Assembly: GCA_045631145.1 (NCBI GenBank)
Contig: JAZQUE010000074.1
Coordinates: forward strand, 3,065-67,064
Source: Eubacteriales bacterium
Lineage (GTDB): Bacteria > Bacillota > Clostridia > Oscillospirales > SIG627
Length of the DNA: 64,000 nt
Reading direction: 5' to 3'
In this document: positions 38,282 through 47,710 of the stretch, one piece after another
How positions within the stretch are numbered: position 1 is the stretch's first letter
Layout of the letters: the number at the start of each line of letters is the position of its first letter
Position numbers and translations under genes: made by a program
The notes under the pieces: generated by a model
What the model saw: only the letters and a program-made list of their open reading frames with translations
What the model was told of the DNA's origin: nothing
The model's database searches: none

Positions 38282-38773
38282 GTGGCGGGCATAACTTTCC
38301 ACAATATGGCAGACAATATCAAGACATTACCAAGCGGCTTGCAGTACAGCCGTGATTTCAGCGAGTATGACGGTTGTGTGGTTATGCACAACGCCAAGAC
38401 AATCAACCGTTACAGGGAGCTGCAGGAGGAGAAGTCGAAACAGGACTGTTACCGCTATGACTGTTTCTTCGCTTTCAGTAACCAACAGTTCGCCGAGGGA
38501 TTGAAGAAGATACGCCCATTGAAAGAGGGGGAGAAGCTCGTCAGCGTCGGAGCGGGTATGTACGGCACACGTGACGGGGTTGATAAGTTCTTCGCCGCCT
38601 ATGACGAAATCGACAAGCGTATCAAACAGGAATGCGACCCGCAGGAGGTTTACTTCTATGAGTACAACAATCACGAGAGTATGATTTCGTGGGACGGGGA
38701 CGCTGAACCGTTCAAGATTATCAGGAGGATATGGGGCGACGAAACAGCCGCTAAAATCGTAAGACTTCCATAA
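38282..38773 (+). CDS. hypothetical protein (163 aa)
   Basis: ORF in + strand island. Confidence 0.6.
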   Translation: MAGITFHNMADNIKTLPSGLQYSRDFSEYDGCVVMHNAKTINRYRELQEEKSKQDCYRYDCFFAFSNQQFAEGLKKIRPLKEGEKLVSVGAGMYGTRDGVDKFFAAYDEIDKRIKQECDPQEVYFYEYNNHESMISWDGDAEPFKIIRRIWGDETAAKIVRLP

Positions 38774-38941
38774 CAATTCTATAACAATGTTATAACGGTG
38801 TTATACGATGTTAATAACAACGGGATAACTATAAGAGAAGAGAATAGAAGAGAATAGAAGAAAAGAGAATATATATATATCGCTTAATAAATTAAGCTCG
38901 TATAAAATCGCCCCCTGTTCAGGGGCAAAAATCAAAAAACT

Positions 38942-39160
38942 ATGGCAAAAAAGAATTTCAAAATCAGAGCAAAGTTCGTATTTGACGGACAGGTAATCAT
39001 CAGGGCAAACAACAGACAGGAGGCGGAGGCGGCTGCAGAAAAATATATCGCCGCACACCTCGGGAACGTTCAGCCACTCGACGAGTGTATCAAGGATTGG
39101 GATTTCAGCTTGAAATCTTCGACAGTCGTAAACCGTAAGCGTGAGGAGGCAGGATTATGA
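38942..39160 (+). CDS. hypothetical protein (72 aa)
   Basis: ORF overlapping the next gene by 4 nt. Confidence 0.55.
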   Translation: MAKKNFKIRAKFVFDGQVIIRANNRQEAEAAAEKYIAAHLGNVQPLDECIKDWDFSLKSSTVVNRKREEAGL

Positions 39161-39717
39161 CAACAGTAAGCAGCGAACAATACGAGAGCTTGAAAAAGAA
39201 GCTCCGCAAGTTACAGGCTCTTGCCGAACAGGGTTACAGGGGCGAGGCTGAAAACGCCCGCCGAGCAATCGAAAGAATCTGCGAACAGTACGGGTTGAAG
39301 ATTGAAGACATCTTGGATATCGAAACCAAACACCGATACACGTTCGAGATAGGACGGGCAAAGGAAATGATGAACTTGTTTATCCGCTGCCTGTCGGCGG
39401 TCTGTGATACAACCGATATGGGGTATTGGAAGCCTACACGGTCGTCGATAAAAGTTGAACTGACAGCCCTGCAATATGCCGAGGTTTCAAGCCTGTTCGG
39501 GTGGCATAAGGAGAACTACAAACGTGAGTTGGAGGAGTTCGAGCGGTCGTTTATGAGTGCGTACATCGGGAAACACAACCTGTATTTCGACGAAGAACGA
39601 AACTACAAAGGGGAAGACGAGGAACTGACAGAGGAAGACATAGCCCGCTTGCGTCGTGTATTGAAAATGCGTGAGGCTATGAGCGATAACACTTACCACA
39701 AACTGTTGGAGGCGTAA
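39157..39717 (+). CDS. DUF2786-domain protein
   Basis: KKKLRKLQALAEQGYRGEAENARRAIERICEQYGLKIEDI. Confidence 0.75.
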   Translation: MTTVSSEQYESLKKKLRKLQALAEQGYRGEAENARRAIERICEQYGLKIEDILDIETKHRYTFEIGRAKEMMNLFIRCLSAVCDTTDMGYWKPTRSSIKVELTALQYAEVSSLFGWHKENYKRELEEFERSFMSAYIGKHNLYFDEERNYKGEDEELTEEDIARLRRVLKMREAMSDNTYHKLLEA

Positions 39718-39719
39718 CA

Positions 39720-39962
39720 ATGAAGAAAGAGCATATTTATCGGGTGGCTTTCAATGAGCCGCCCATTCAGGACGACGACCGCACGGAGTTTTTCTTTACC
39801 TCTCTGTCGGCGATATATGAGGAGTTCACGCCTGATCAGGTGGGCTGCAAGGTTACACGCCTTTGGAATATCGGCGTATCAGGTGGAACTCCCTACGAGG
39901 GGGCGAAATGTAAAATTACTCGTGAACCCCTACGGAGTAAGAGCCAAAATAAGCCGATTTGA
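39720..39962 (+). CDS. hypothetical protein (80 aa)
   Basis: ORF in + strand island. Confidence 0.5.
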   Translation: MKKEHIYRVAFNEPPIQDDDRTEFFFTSLSAIYEEFTPDQVGCKVTRLWNIGVSGGTPYEGAKCKITREPLRSKSQNKPI

Positions 39963-40275
39963 GCCGTTTCGAGTGTTGGGATAATAAAACCCTCGCTCGA
40001 CGAAAGAAAAGGCGACAGCGGGGCTAAAACGGGGCGAATTTGGGGTGTTTGCGATTATATTGTAATCAGGTTTTCAGACCTACCTCGATTTTGCCCTGTT
40101 TCCGTTCGGCTTACAGAGGCGTTTCAGGAGGAACAGGCGACGACACGCAGAAACCGCCCAAATTCAGGCGAACGGGAGCGGGGATAATAACTTGCCCTAT
40201 GAAAACATTTGAAGCCGACAGACGGCGATTTCGAGAAAAATAACGTAATTTTGCAACATCAAAAGCAGCAAGAGT

Positions 40276-40497
40276 ATGACAAATGAAGAATTGCAGGAGA
40301 TTATGAACAACCCAAACGGTATATCTCCCGAAGATGTCGATAGAATTTGGGACGATTTGAAAGCCCGTGACGCTCGTCGTGAGGCAGAGTTCAACGCCTT
40401 GCCCGAGGAGGAAAGAAAACGCCTCGAAAGAGAGTTTTCCGACCCGTCGCTTGACAGGTTTATAGAAGACCCCTTGGGAGGCGATGATGAAGATTAA
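40276..40497 (+). CDS. small acidic protein (73 aa)
   Basis: Convergent with and overlapping by 4 nt the 3' end of the MuF-ART gene; TAATTTTG promoter-like element just upstream. Confidence 0.55.
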   Translation: MTNEELQEIMNNPNGISPEDVDRIWDDLKARDARREAEFNALPEEERKRLEREFSDPSLDRFIEDPLGGDDED

Positions 40498-42245
40498 ATC
40501 TCTGTCAGGTAGAAAACATATCTACCGTCTTCAATTTCCAATTTATCAAATCTAAATTCGCAACCGCTATCAAACAGCACTTCACGTTGGTTGGACTTTC
40601 CTGTGAAGCGTCCTCCGAACTGTGAGAAATCCTCAATCGGGTGTCCTGACTTGCCTCGTATAACAAGCAGAACATCCGTTTCATTTTTCTTTGGCTTGCT
40701 GTTGGCACGGAAATCAATAGCAGCTTGACGATCTAAACTTGTTGATGTGAATCCCTTAAAAACGGCAGTTTCTTTTTTCCCTGCCAAAGATAGATATTCC
40801 CCTAAATTCGTCTTGTTCAAACGCACTTTCCTGTAAACCGTTTCAGTGGTTGTTTCCAATTTGGAAAGACCCTGTGACAAGAGCTGTGAAAATGCCTCGT
40901 TGAACTCCGATAGACTCCCTTTGCGGAGTTGATTGTTCAACTGACGGAACGCTGCACCCTCGCCCTTTGTGTAGTGGTAGATAGCAGCCTTTTCCGTGTT
41001 CGGGATTTCAGGATATTTTCTTTGTAGGAAAATGCCGAGGGATTCCTGCATAGCCTCGTTGGTTTTCCTTGCCCGTGTGAATTTTCGTTCGGCTTTCGTG
41101 TAGGTATCAACCTCGAACCCTCGGACGTACTGCGGGTTATGCCTGATGAAATACGGCATAGACGACCAACCCTTTGCCCGTTCTTTGTTGTCCTCTACCC
41201 AAGTATTGAACTGCTCGGGAACGTCGCCGACGGTGTTCACGCTCCGTGTACTGACGGGTTGCCCTGCCATAATACGCCTGTTGTCCTCCGCCATTTCTTC
41301 GGGCGTTTTCAGGATTGTTACGACGTGGCAGCGACAATGCGGGTGCCAACCTACGAACTTGAAATCTTTCGGGTATTTCCCTTTCAGAAAATCGCAAATG
41401 TCCTCAAACGGTACGCCGTTGAGCGTATGGTTGTTCGATAGGCGTATTTCAATGCCGACGACAAAATCAAGCTGCTGCCAACGGACATAATCAGCCGTGC
41501 GGTAAGCCATATTCGTTTCTGTCACAGCGAGGCGGCGGGCGTTTTTGTAGCTGCTTCGGTACACTCCCTGCCCTGGGTGGAAAGCCTGTGCCGCCTTTGA
41601 AAGTTGCAGAACACCGTGCTCATCACGGACACGTCGAAACAGTTTGTCAGGGTAACGGAGGTATTGTCGAAGCTCTCGGCTCAATTCATCAGCCGACAAC
41701 CCGTCACGCAGCCCGATGTCAATACCCATTTCGATTTCAGACTTGAACTGTTCCGTGTACCGCCACACCCTGTCGGAAAGGTTCATTCCTGCCGTCTTTC
41801 TCTCGACGAAAGCCTGTCGGGCTGTGTCGTTGGAGCTGTAATACTTTCTGCTCTGTTCTTCCGTCAGGTTCTCGGCATTGTCCCCGAAAACTTGGTTTGC
41901 GAGTTCGCTGTTCTTGTTGTTCGCCAACGTCCACTCACTTTCAATGCCGTTCACGATAACCGCTGTAAGGTTGTTTTTCAGCCCCGACAACAGCTTTTCA
42001 ACTCTTTTCCGTGTAACAGGATAGTCAGCGAATGAAAACGGCTTGTCGGGCTTGACAACGCCCGCAGACGAAGCGACAGCAGCAGCCTCACGGGCAGCGG
42101 ATTGAAATATCTTATCAATCTGCCGCTCGTATGAAGTCACGTTCTGTTGATGTCGTTTTTCCCATTTATCCAATCGTGCCATTGTCTGTACGCTGTTTGA
42201 AATGTTCGCACTGTGGGTCTGACAGGAACTTGCACCACCTGCCAA
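40494..42245 (-). CDS. phage head morphogenesis (MuF/SPP1 gp7-like) protein fused to C-terminal ADP-ribosyltransferase-like toxin domain
   Basis: MuF motif GWHPHCRCHVVTIL; C-terminus YRKVR...AVFKGFTSTSLDRQAAIDF...QREVLFDSGCEFRF resembles R / STS / QxE ART motifs. Confidence 0.82.
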   Translation of the reverse strand: MAGGASSCQTHSANISNSVQTMARLDKWEKRHQQNVTSYERQIDKIFQSAAREAAAVASSAGVVKPDKPFSFADYPVTRKRVEKLLSGLKNNLTAVIVNGIESEWTLANNKNSELANQVFGDNAENLTEEQSRKYYSSNDTARQAFVERKTAGMNLSDRVWRYTEQFKSEIEMGIDIGLRDGLSADELSRELRQYLRYPDKLFRRVRDEHGVLQLSKAAQAFHPGQGVYRSSYKNARRLAVTETNMAYRTADYVRWQQLDFVVGIEIRLSNNHTLNGVPFEDICDFLKGKYPKDFKFVGWHPHCRCHVVTILKTPEEMAEDNRRIMAGQPVSTRSVNTVGDVPEQFNTWVEDNKERAKGWSSMPYFIRHNPQYVRGFEVDTYTKAERKFTRARKTNEAMQESLGIFLQRKYPEIPNTEKAAIYHYTKGEGAAFRQLNNQLRKGSLSEFNEAFSQLLSQGLSKLETTTETVYRKVRLNKTNLGEYLSLAGKKETAVFKGFTSTSLDRQAAIDFRANSKPKKNETDVLLVIRGKSGHPIEDFSQFGGRFTGKSNQREVLFDSGCEFRFDKLEIEDGRYVFYLTEI

Positions 42246-42390
42246 ACTCGGTTTTCTCGTCGAGCTTGCAACGGCAAAGTATCAGATGTCCGTCGAGGGC
42301 TTTACTGTGCCAATCATAGCTGTTAGCACAATCCCTACACCTGAACTTCGGCTGCTCCGCCTGTTTCCTGTTCTGAACCCTCTTTGCCAT
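42166..42390 (-). CDS. small zinc-ribbon-like protein
   Basis: FRCRDCANSYDWHSKALDGHLILCRCK...C Cys pattern. Confidence 0.55.
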   Translation of the reverse strand: MAKRVQNRKQAEQPKFRCRDCANSYDWHSKALDGHLILCRCKLDEKTEFGRWCKFLSDPQCEHFKQRTDNGTIG

Positions 42391-42393
42391 ACG

Positions 42394-43788
42394 TTACTCG
42401 GTTAGGTTAAAACTGTCCTGCATACTTTCCTCGGCGATTTCTTTCATCGTCTGATCTACGTCGCTGCTGTGTCCGTATTCCTCGATACTTTCACGCTGCG
42501 ACATAATCGGCTTGCCTCCGTTGGCTGTTACGAGGTTCGTGATAGTGTCTTTCTCGTCCGTGATTGTGAACGGGGTGATAACGGTCTTTACAGACAGTGC
42601 GTCAATGTCAGCGTGGTAGGCTTCTCCGAGCATAACTTTTGCGAACGCCTTGATAACGTTCGTTTCACGGTCGAACATTTCCAACAGGCGACCGCTTTCG
42701 TCCTTGACTTTCATCTGTGCGTCAATGAAAAGCTGCTTGCGGCTCTCACCCGATAGGGCTTGCTGCGACATTTTCTCATACGACCAATCAGGAAGCTGCA
42801 GGAGGGTAAAGAACAGGGTACGCAATTCCCCGACATAGTATTTCAGGTTCTCGACAGCCTGTTGCCAAGTGATGTACTGTGCTGTACTGCCTTTCGGATA
42901 TTGCATAACAGCCTTGAACTCCTTGTTAGGCGATTTCTCGTCGCCGTAGCTTATCGCTTCATCAGCGAACACGACGAAAAGCGGCTTGGAGTTTTCACGC
43001 AGGTAGTTTCCGTCACGGCTCAACGCCCACTCAATCTCATAGACGATATTCGAGTTGTCCTCCCAAATCGGTGTCGGGCGGTAGGCATAGACAGCGGGGA
43101 TTTTGCCGATAACAGTAATGTCCTCATTCTCGACTTCCTCCCAATCTCCGTTGGCGTTGCTCCATTTGATATGCTTGTTTGACGTGTAGGTGTCGAAATA
43201 CTGAATGAGCTTCTTTCCACTCTTACGGCTGTACCCGATAGACATTGCAATCATATCGCCGTACTCGTCAAACAACGGGTACAGGTCGTCGCCTAACATC
43301 GGGGTAAAGTTCCTGCAACGGAGCTTCAACAAAGACTTCTTGCCGTCGTACAGGGTGTTTTCCTGTTCAACAGCATACCACAGTGTCAGCACCTCACAAC
43401 CCGCAAAGAGCATATTCAGACGGTCGGTATTTACGCTGTCAATGCGGTTTTTCTCATAGATAGCCTCAATGAAAGCGGCAATGTCCTTTTGCTTGTCGTT
43501 CTGTGGCTTGTACACTCGCTTGATAGGAATGCCACAGACAAGCTCCGTCATACGCTTTGTGGCGAGGCGTTGCAGGTCACAGGTTACACGGGTTACAGGC
43601 TGTATGCCGTCCTCCGTTACGATGTCAGGGTACTTCGCTTTGCTCATTACAGGGTGTTTCTTGGGGTCGAACTCCTGCGACAAGCCGTTACGTCCCGACC
43701 AAATGGGGACGATGATTGCTTTTTCTTTCAACGCCGCAATGATGTTGGCAGCGTTATTTCCCGAGTTGAGAATTTCTTCGATTGTCAT
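42394..43788 (-). CDS. phage portal protein
   Basis: 464 aa, between terminase and MuF gene; YVGELRTLFFTLLQLPDWSYEKMSQQALSGESRKQLFIDA. Confidence 0.75.
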   Translation of the reverse strand: MTIEEILNSGNNAANIIAALKEKAIIVPIWSGRNGLSQEFDPKKHPVMSKAKYPDIVTEDGIQPVTRVTCDLQRLATKRMTELVCGIPIKRVYKPQNDKQKDIAAFIEAIYEKNRIDSVNTDRLNMLFAGCEVLTLWYAVEQENTLYDGKKSLLKLRCRNFTPMLGDDLYPLFDEYGDMIAMSIGYSRKSGKKLIQYFDTYTSNKHIKWSNANGDWEEVENEDITVIGKIPAVYAYRPTPIWEDNSNIVYEIEWALSRDGNYLRENSKPLFVVFADEAISYGDEKSPNKEFKAVMQYPKGSTAQYITWQQAVENLKYYVGELRTLFFTLLQLPDWSYEKMSQQALSGESRKQLFIDAQMKVKDESGRLLEMFDRETNVIKAFAKVMLGEAYHADIDALSVKTVITPFTITDEKDTITNLVTANGGKPIMSQRESIEEYGHSSDVDQTMKEIAEESMQDSFNLTE

Positions 43789-43806
43789 ACTGATATGAAT
43801 TATTGA

Positions 43807-45381
43807 TTAGCGTCTTACAATTCTTGCCAAACGGTTTATGTCAATTGCCTTGCGGCTGTTTATCGGATAGAACGTGTTGGCGAGTGCGTCGAACTTGTCA
43901 GGCGAACGTCCGAGGCGTTCCTTGATGTCTTCCTTTGGCTCGATGATTATCTTTCCGTCAGAGCGGAACGACCAACGTATCTCGGTTGCTTCCTCGTCGA
44001 ACTTATCGTCAGGCGGCAACATAGCCCCTGTTTCGTTTTTCGGGTTCAGCCAATCACGGATAGCCCAAAAGAGCCAAGCTCGCATATTCACGAACCCGTA
44101 CTGCCCTGTAATATCCGTCATATCCTTGCCGCTCGCCGTCTTTGCCGCTTCACTGTATTTGCAGCTGATGATATGGGCTTCTCCGTCAAGCTCCACACAA
44201 CGGCTGTAAACTCCTGCACCCTCGCCAATGGTATCAATGCTCACGAACAGGTCAGGCTCGTGTCGGCGGGCTGATATAATCTGTCCCGCAACCGCCATGT
44301 GGTCAGCAGAACCGCCCGAGTTGTGCGTCTTGAACTCGCCAACCCAATTGCCTTTCCTTTCAACGAAACAGGTACAGTCACGTCCCATACCCGCCACATC
44401 GACACCAAGAATTCGAGCGTCCTGTCCGAGAGGTTCCCGCCCGTGTGCCATTCTCCAACGCTCGTGTGCGAGGTCGAGCCACTGTTGCGGAATAAGAACA
44501 TCGTCGCCGACTTTCGGAAACTTACCGAGAACCTTTTTGCGGAACAGGTCTTCGGGTCTGTACCAACGCCCCTCAAACTGAAAGTCGTCGAACTCCTCTC
44601 TGACCTCCGCTTCGGTTATCGGCGTACACCATTGTTCGAGCTTGTCAGCCACCCACTCATAGTCCACCTGACCTGGGATTATGATACGTTTTTCAAGCAC
44701 ATTCGGGGCTGTCAGGCTATTTAGACGGAACTTTGCCCAACGGTCGCCCTTTTGGCTCTTGGCTGCATATCCGACAGGGGTGTTCGGGTTGAACACGAGA
44801 AGAATACGGCTGTCGCCTTGCAGGTTACCCTCAATAGCGGCAAAGGTGTCGTCGCTGACACCCGAAGCCTCGGTAACGACAAACATTGTGTGGACGGCGT
44901 GGAAACCTGACCACGCTTCGTGGTTATGCTCGTCCGCCTTGAAACCTGTCAAGAACCACTCCTCGTTGTCCGTTCTGATGTCGTAGGTGTTGAGCCGTCC
45001 TGTAAGTTGTATGCCACGAGCCTTTGCCCTGTTATACAGGCGGCTGATTTCGGGCATCATAATGTTCTTTACCTGACGGTCTGTCGGGGCTGTTAGGGCT
45101 ACTTTCGTGTTCTCTATCAGTTCCCTGTTCCTGTTCCAACGGGGTGTGAGGTAGAGGAATGAAACGGCAGCACAAGCGGCTACGAAGTCCTTACCTCGGG
45201 CTGTGCCTGACGCAACAGATGTACGGGGATTGAACTGTACGGAGGACAGGATTTCCTGCTGCTCACGGTCGAGCGTAACGCCGAGAGCGTCACGGACGAA
45301 CCTGTTCCAATCAGCCCGCCAAGAGTTCATCAGGGCTATTCCCCGCTTACGCATTATTTCATCACTCAACCTGTTAGCCAT
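43807..45381 (-). CDS. terminase large subunit
   Basis: ASGTARGKDFVAACAAVSF ATPase motif; VTEASGVSDDTFAAIEG; ILGVDVAGMGRDCTCFVERKG nuclease motif. Confidence 0.85.
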   Translation of the reverse strand: MANRLSDEIMRKRGIALMNSWRADWNRFVRDALGVTLDREQQEILSSVQFNPRTSVASGTARGKDFVAACAAVSFLYLTPRWNRNRELIENTKVALTAPTDRQVKNIMMPEISRLYNRAKARGIQLTGRLNTYDIRTDNEEWFLTGFKADEHNHEAWSGFHAVHTMFVVTEASGVSDDTFAAIEGNLQGDSRILLVFNPNTPVGYAAKSQKGDRWAKFRLNSLTAPNVLEKRIIIPGQVDYEWVADKLEQWCTPITEAEVREEFDDFQFEGRWYRPEDLFRKKVLGKFPKVGDDVLIPQQWLDLAHERWRMAHGREPLGQDARILGVDVAGMGRDCTCFVERKGNWVGEFKTHNSGGSADHMAVAGQIISARRHEPDLFVSIDTIGEGAGVYSRCVELDGEAHIISCKYSEAAKTASGKDMTDITGQYGFVNMRAWLFWAIRDWLNPKNETGAMLPPDDKFDEEATEIRWSFRSDGKIIIEPKEDIKERLGRSPDKFDALANTFYPINSRKAIDINRLARIVRR

Positions 45382-45949
45382 TTATCTGTTCCTCCGCTTC
45401 GTCTATCATTCCACTTTCAACGAGCAACGCCGCAAAGGACAGGTCGCCCGAAATGTCTTTCTTTTCAGGAGCGTACAAGCCGAGGAGCTTGCGGCGTTCC
45501 ATAAGCTGCTGTCGGATTTCGGCGATGTACTGCGGGTTGCCAAGTCCGACAACCGTTGCCGTGCGTCTTTCAACGCTGTACGTCTTGATATTTTCCTCGC
45601 CTGTTTCCTTGTTTCGAGAGGGTGCGCCCTTGCTCGTGTTCGTGGTCTTGTTGTAGTCCTCTTTTGATTTCTCCCACTGTGCCCACAACTCACGACAGGT
45701 GTCGTCGATACGTTCAAGCTCCAATTGGAGGGCGGCGTCCATATCCTCGATACGGTTCTCTCGCCACTCCTCCAACAGGGTTTTGATGTCTTTCTGAACT
45801 GTGCCCAACGAATAGCTGTCAAGAGCGAGGCGTTTCATTACCTCCTCCCTGATCTGTCGGCAGGAGTAACCACGCTTGTAGAGTTTTGACACGATTTCCA
45901 TTCGTGCCTGTTTCTCCTGATTACGCTTCTTTTGTTGTGCTTTGCTCAT
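45374..45949 (-). CDS. terminase small subunit-like protein
   Basis: HTH-like KLYKRGYSCRQIREEVMKRL; overlaps terL. Confidence 0.6.
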   Translation of the reverse strand: MSKAQQKKRNQEKQARMEIVSKLYKRGYSCRQIREEVMKRLALDSYSLGTVQKDIKTLLEEWRENRIEDMDAALQLELERIDDTCRELWAQWEKSKEDYNKTTNTSKGAPSRNKETGEENIKTYSVERRTATVVGLGNPQYIAEIRQQLMERRKLLGLYAPEKKDISGDLSFAALLVESGMIDEAEEQING

Positions 45950-45951
45950 AG

Positions 45952-46230
45952 TTACAGGTCTTTTGTCAATTCAATGAATTTCGTAAAGAAATCAGGGTTG
46001 CAGCTTGACAGCTCAATGTAGGTTTTGCCGAACTCGGGGAACGTGTGTACGGCGAAATGGCTCTCTGTGAGCAGCCACAACGCTGTATATCCCTGCGGCG
46101 TAAAATGGTGGTCTGTGAAGCACAGGATATTGAACCCCGACTTTTTCAGGGCTTCATCAAATATCTCCCGTATCTTCTGTGGATTCGTTTCCTGTATCCA
46201 CTTTGAATCGTTCCAAATCTTCGCTTGCAT
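45952..46230 (-). CDS. S-adenosylmethionine decarboxylase-like protein (SpeD family)
   Basis: HHFTPQGYTALWLLTESHFAVHTFPEFGKTYIEL: matches [26 protein letters not shown]-type self-cleavage motif. Confidence 0.8.
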   Translation of the reverse strand: MQAKIWNDSKWIQETNPQKIREIFDEALKKSGFNILCFTDHHFTPQGYTALWLLTESHFAVHTFPEFGKTYIELSSCNPDFFTKFIELTKDL

Positions 46231-47710
46231 ATTCTATCTTCTTGAAGTTGTTCTTGATTTCCTTTGTCTTGCCCTTGTAGAACACGAGGATATTTTGGTG
46301 CATCTTTGCAACCTTTCGGCTCTCCATATATCGACCTGCTCGCAGGGCTGTACTTGCCCCCGTTTCAACGAGGATAATTTCATTGTAGAGAGGCATTCCC
46401 GCTTCCTTGAAAATGCGTTTGATATCGCCGCAGAAGTCGTAATAGAAGCCTGTTGATTTATCTCTTACATCGCCTACGACGATAACCGCAAAACGGTTTT
46501 CTTTCAGACAGCCGACAGCCGCCTTGAAAGCGTTCTCCAATATCTTGATGAAATCCTCGTAGCTATCCTGATTGCTTGCGTCGTTCTCGAGGTCGCTGTA
46601 TTTCTCGAGGTCGAAATAAGGCGGGCAGCTGAACAGGAGGTCTTGGCTGTCAGGGGCGATATGTTGTGCGACGTTCTGACCGTCGTCGTTGATGTATCGG
46701 GCTGTCATTCCCTCCACACGTTCGTTATTGAGGCGAGCCTGTTCAGGACGAAGCTCAATGCCGACGAACTCATTTCCGAGGTGTGCAGAAACGTAACCGA
46801 AGACGCTATCTCCTGCGAAGCAGTCAAACGTCTTGCAGTTGTCCTGTCCGAACCAACGGCAGACGATTTCAGCCATAACAGGGTCGAGCAGGGAAACGCC
46901 CGCCGACAGAACCTTGCTTGCTTCACGTTCTTTCACGTCGTCGGGAACATACTTGTCGAGGTATTCCTTGAACGTGATACCCAATTCCTCACGGTGCTGT
47001 CGTGTACGCTGATACAGGTCTTTGTACTTGATTTCGGGCGAGGTTATGAGGGTGTCGTTACGGCTCTCTCCATTGTCGCCGATAAGCTCACGCCATTTCT
47101 TTTTCCGTTCCTGCCAATATCCCTTTCGGGTGTCGAGGATTGAGAAAGGAGGGACTATAAATCGGTCGTTCAGGGAAGCGTTGGCGGGCTTACTGTTGGT
47201 TGCTCCGCTTGACTCTCCGTTCTCCCATTCCTTGTTTTGCCACACGTCAAGTCCCCAATCGTCGAGTTCTTCTGCGTCCCACTCGTTGGCGAGTGCGTCC
47301 ATATCCCATTCTCCATATCCGACGTTATCCTTGATGATGAACTCCCGCTGTTCCTCCTCGGACAGTTCCGTCGCCTTGATGATATGAGCTGTCGGCTTGT
47401 CTTTCCAACGCTGCCAATACTCAATGAGGTTGTCCTGTTCGGCTGCTGTCTTCTTCTGAAAATCCCTTGCTTCTGACAGGCGGGATTTCAGCTCTGCCTC
47501 GTCCATATCGGAAATGGCTGTCAATGCCCTGTAACGCATATTGCCGCCGAGAGCTACAAAGGTGTTATCAACGACAATAGGGCGGAGTTCCAACATCTTC
47601 GGAAGCACGAGGATTGAACAGATAAGCTTCTCAAACTTGTCGTCCTTGATGATACGGGGGTTCGCCCCGTTTACCTGTATCTGCGACAGGTTTACGATTT
47701 CTGTTTTCAT
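46157..47710 (-). CDS. ParB-like domain plus class I DNA methyltransferase
   Basis: N-term VNLSQIQVNGANPR...PIVVDNTFVALGGNMRYRAL; DCFAGDSVFGYVSAHLGNEFVGIELRPEQ and LLFSCPPYFDLEKYSDL. Confidence 0.85.
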   Translation of the reverse strand: MKTEIVNLSQIQVNGANPRIIKDDKFEKLICSILVLPKMLELRPIVVDNTFVALGGNMRYRALTAISDMDEAELKSRLSEARDFQKKTAAEQDNLIEYWQRWKDKPTAHIIKATELSEEEQREFIIKDNVGYGEWDMDALANEWDAEELDDWGLDVWQNKEWENGESSGATNSKPANASLNDRFIVPPFSILDTRKGYWQERKKKWRELIGDNGESRNDTLITSPEIKYKDLYQRTRQHREELGITFKEYLDKYVPDDVKEREASKVLSAGVSLLDPVMAEIVCRWFGQDNCKTFDCFAGDSVFGYVSAHLGNEFVGIELRPEQARLNNERVEGMTARYINDDGQNVAQHIAPDSQDLLFSCPPYFDLEKYSDLENDASNQDSYEDFIKILENAFKAAVGCLKENRFAVIVVGDVRDKSTGFYYDFCGDIKRIFKEAGMPLYNEIILVETGASTALRAGRYMESRKVAKMHQNILVFYKGKTKEIKNNFKKIEYASEDLERFKVDTGNESTEDTGDI

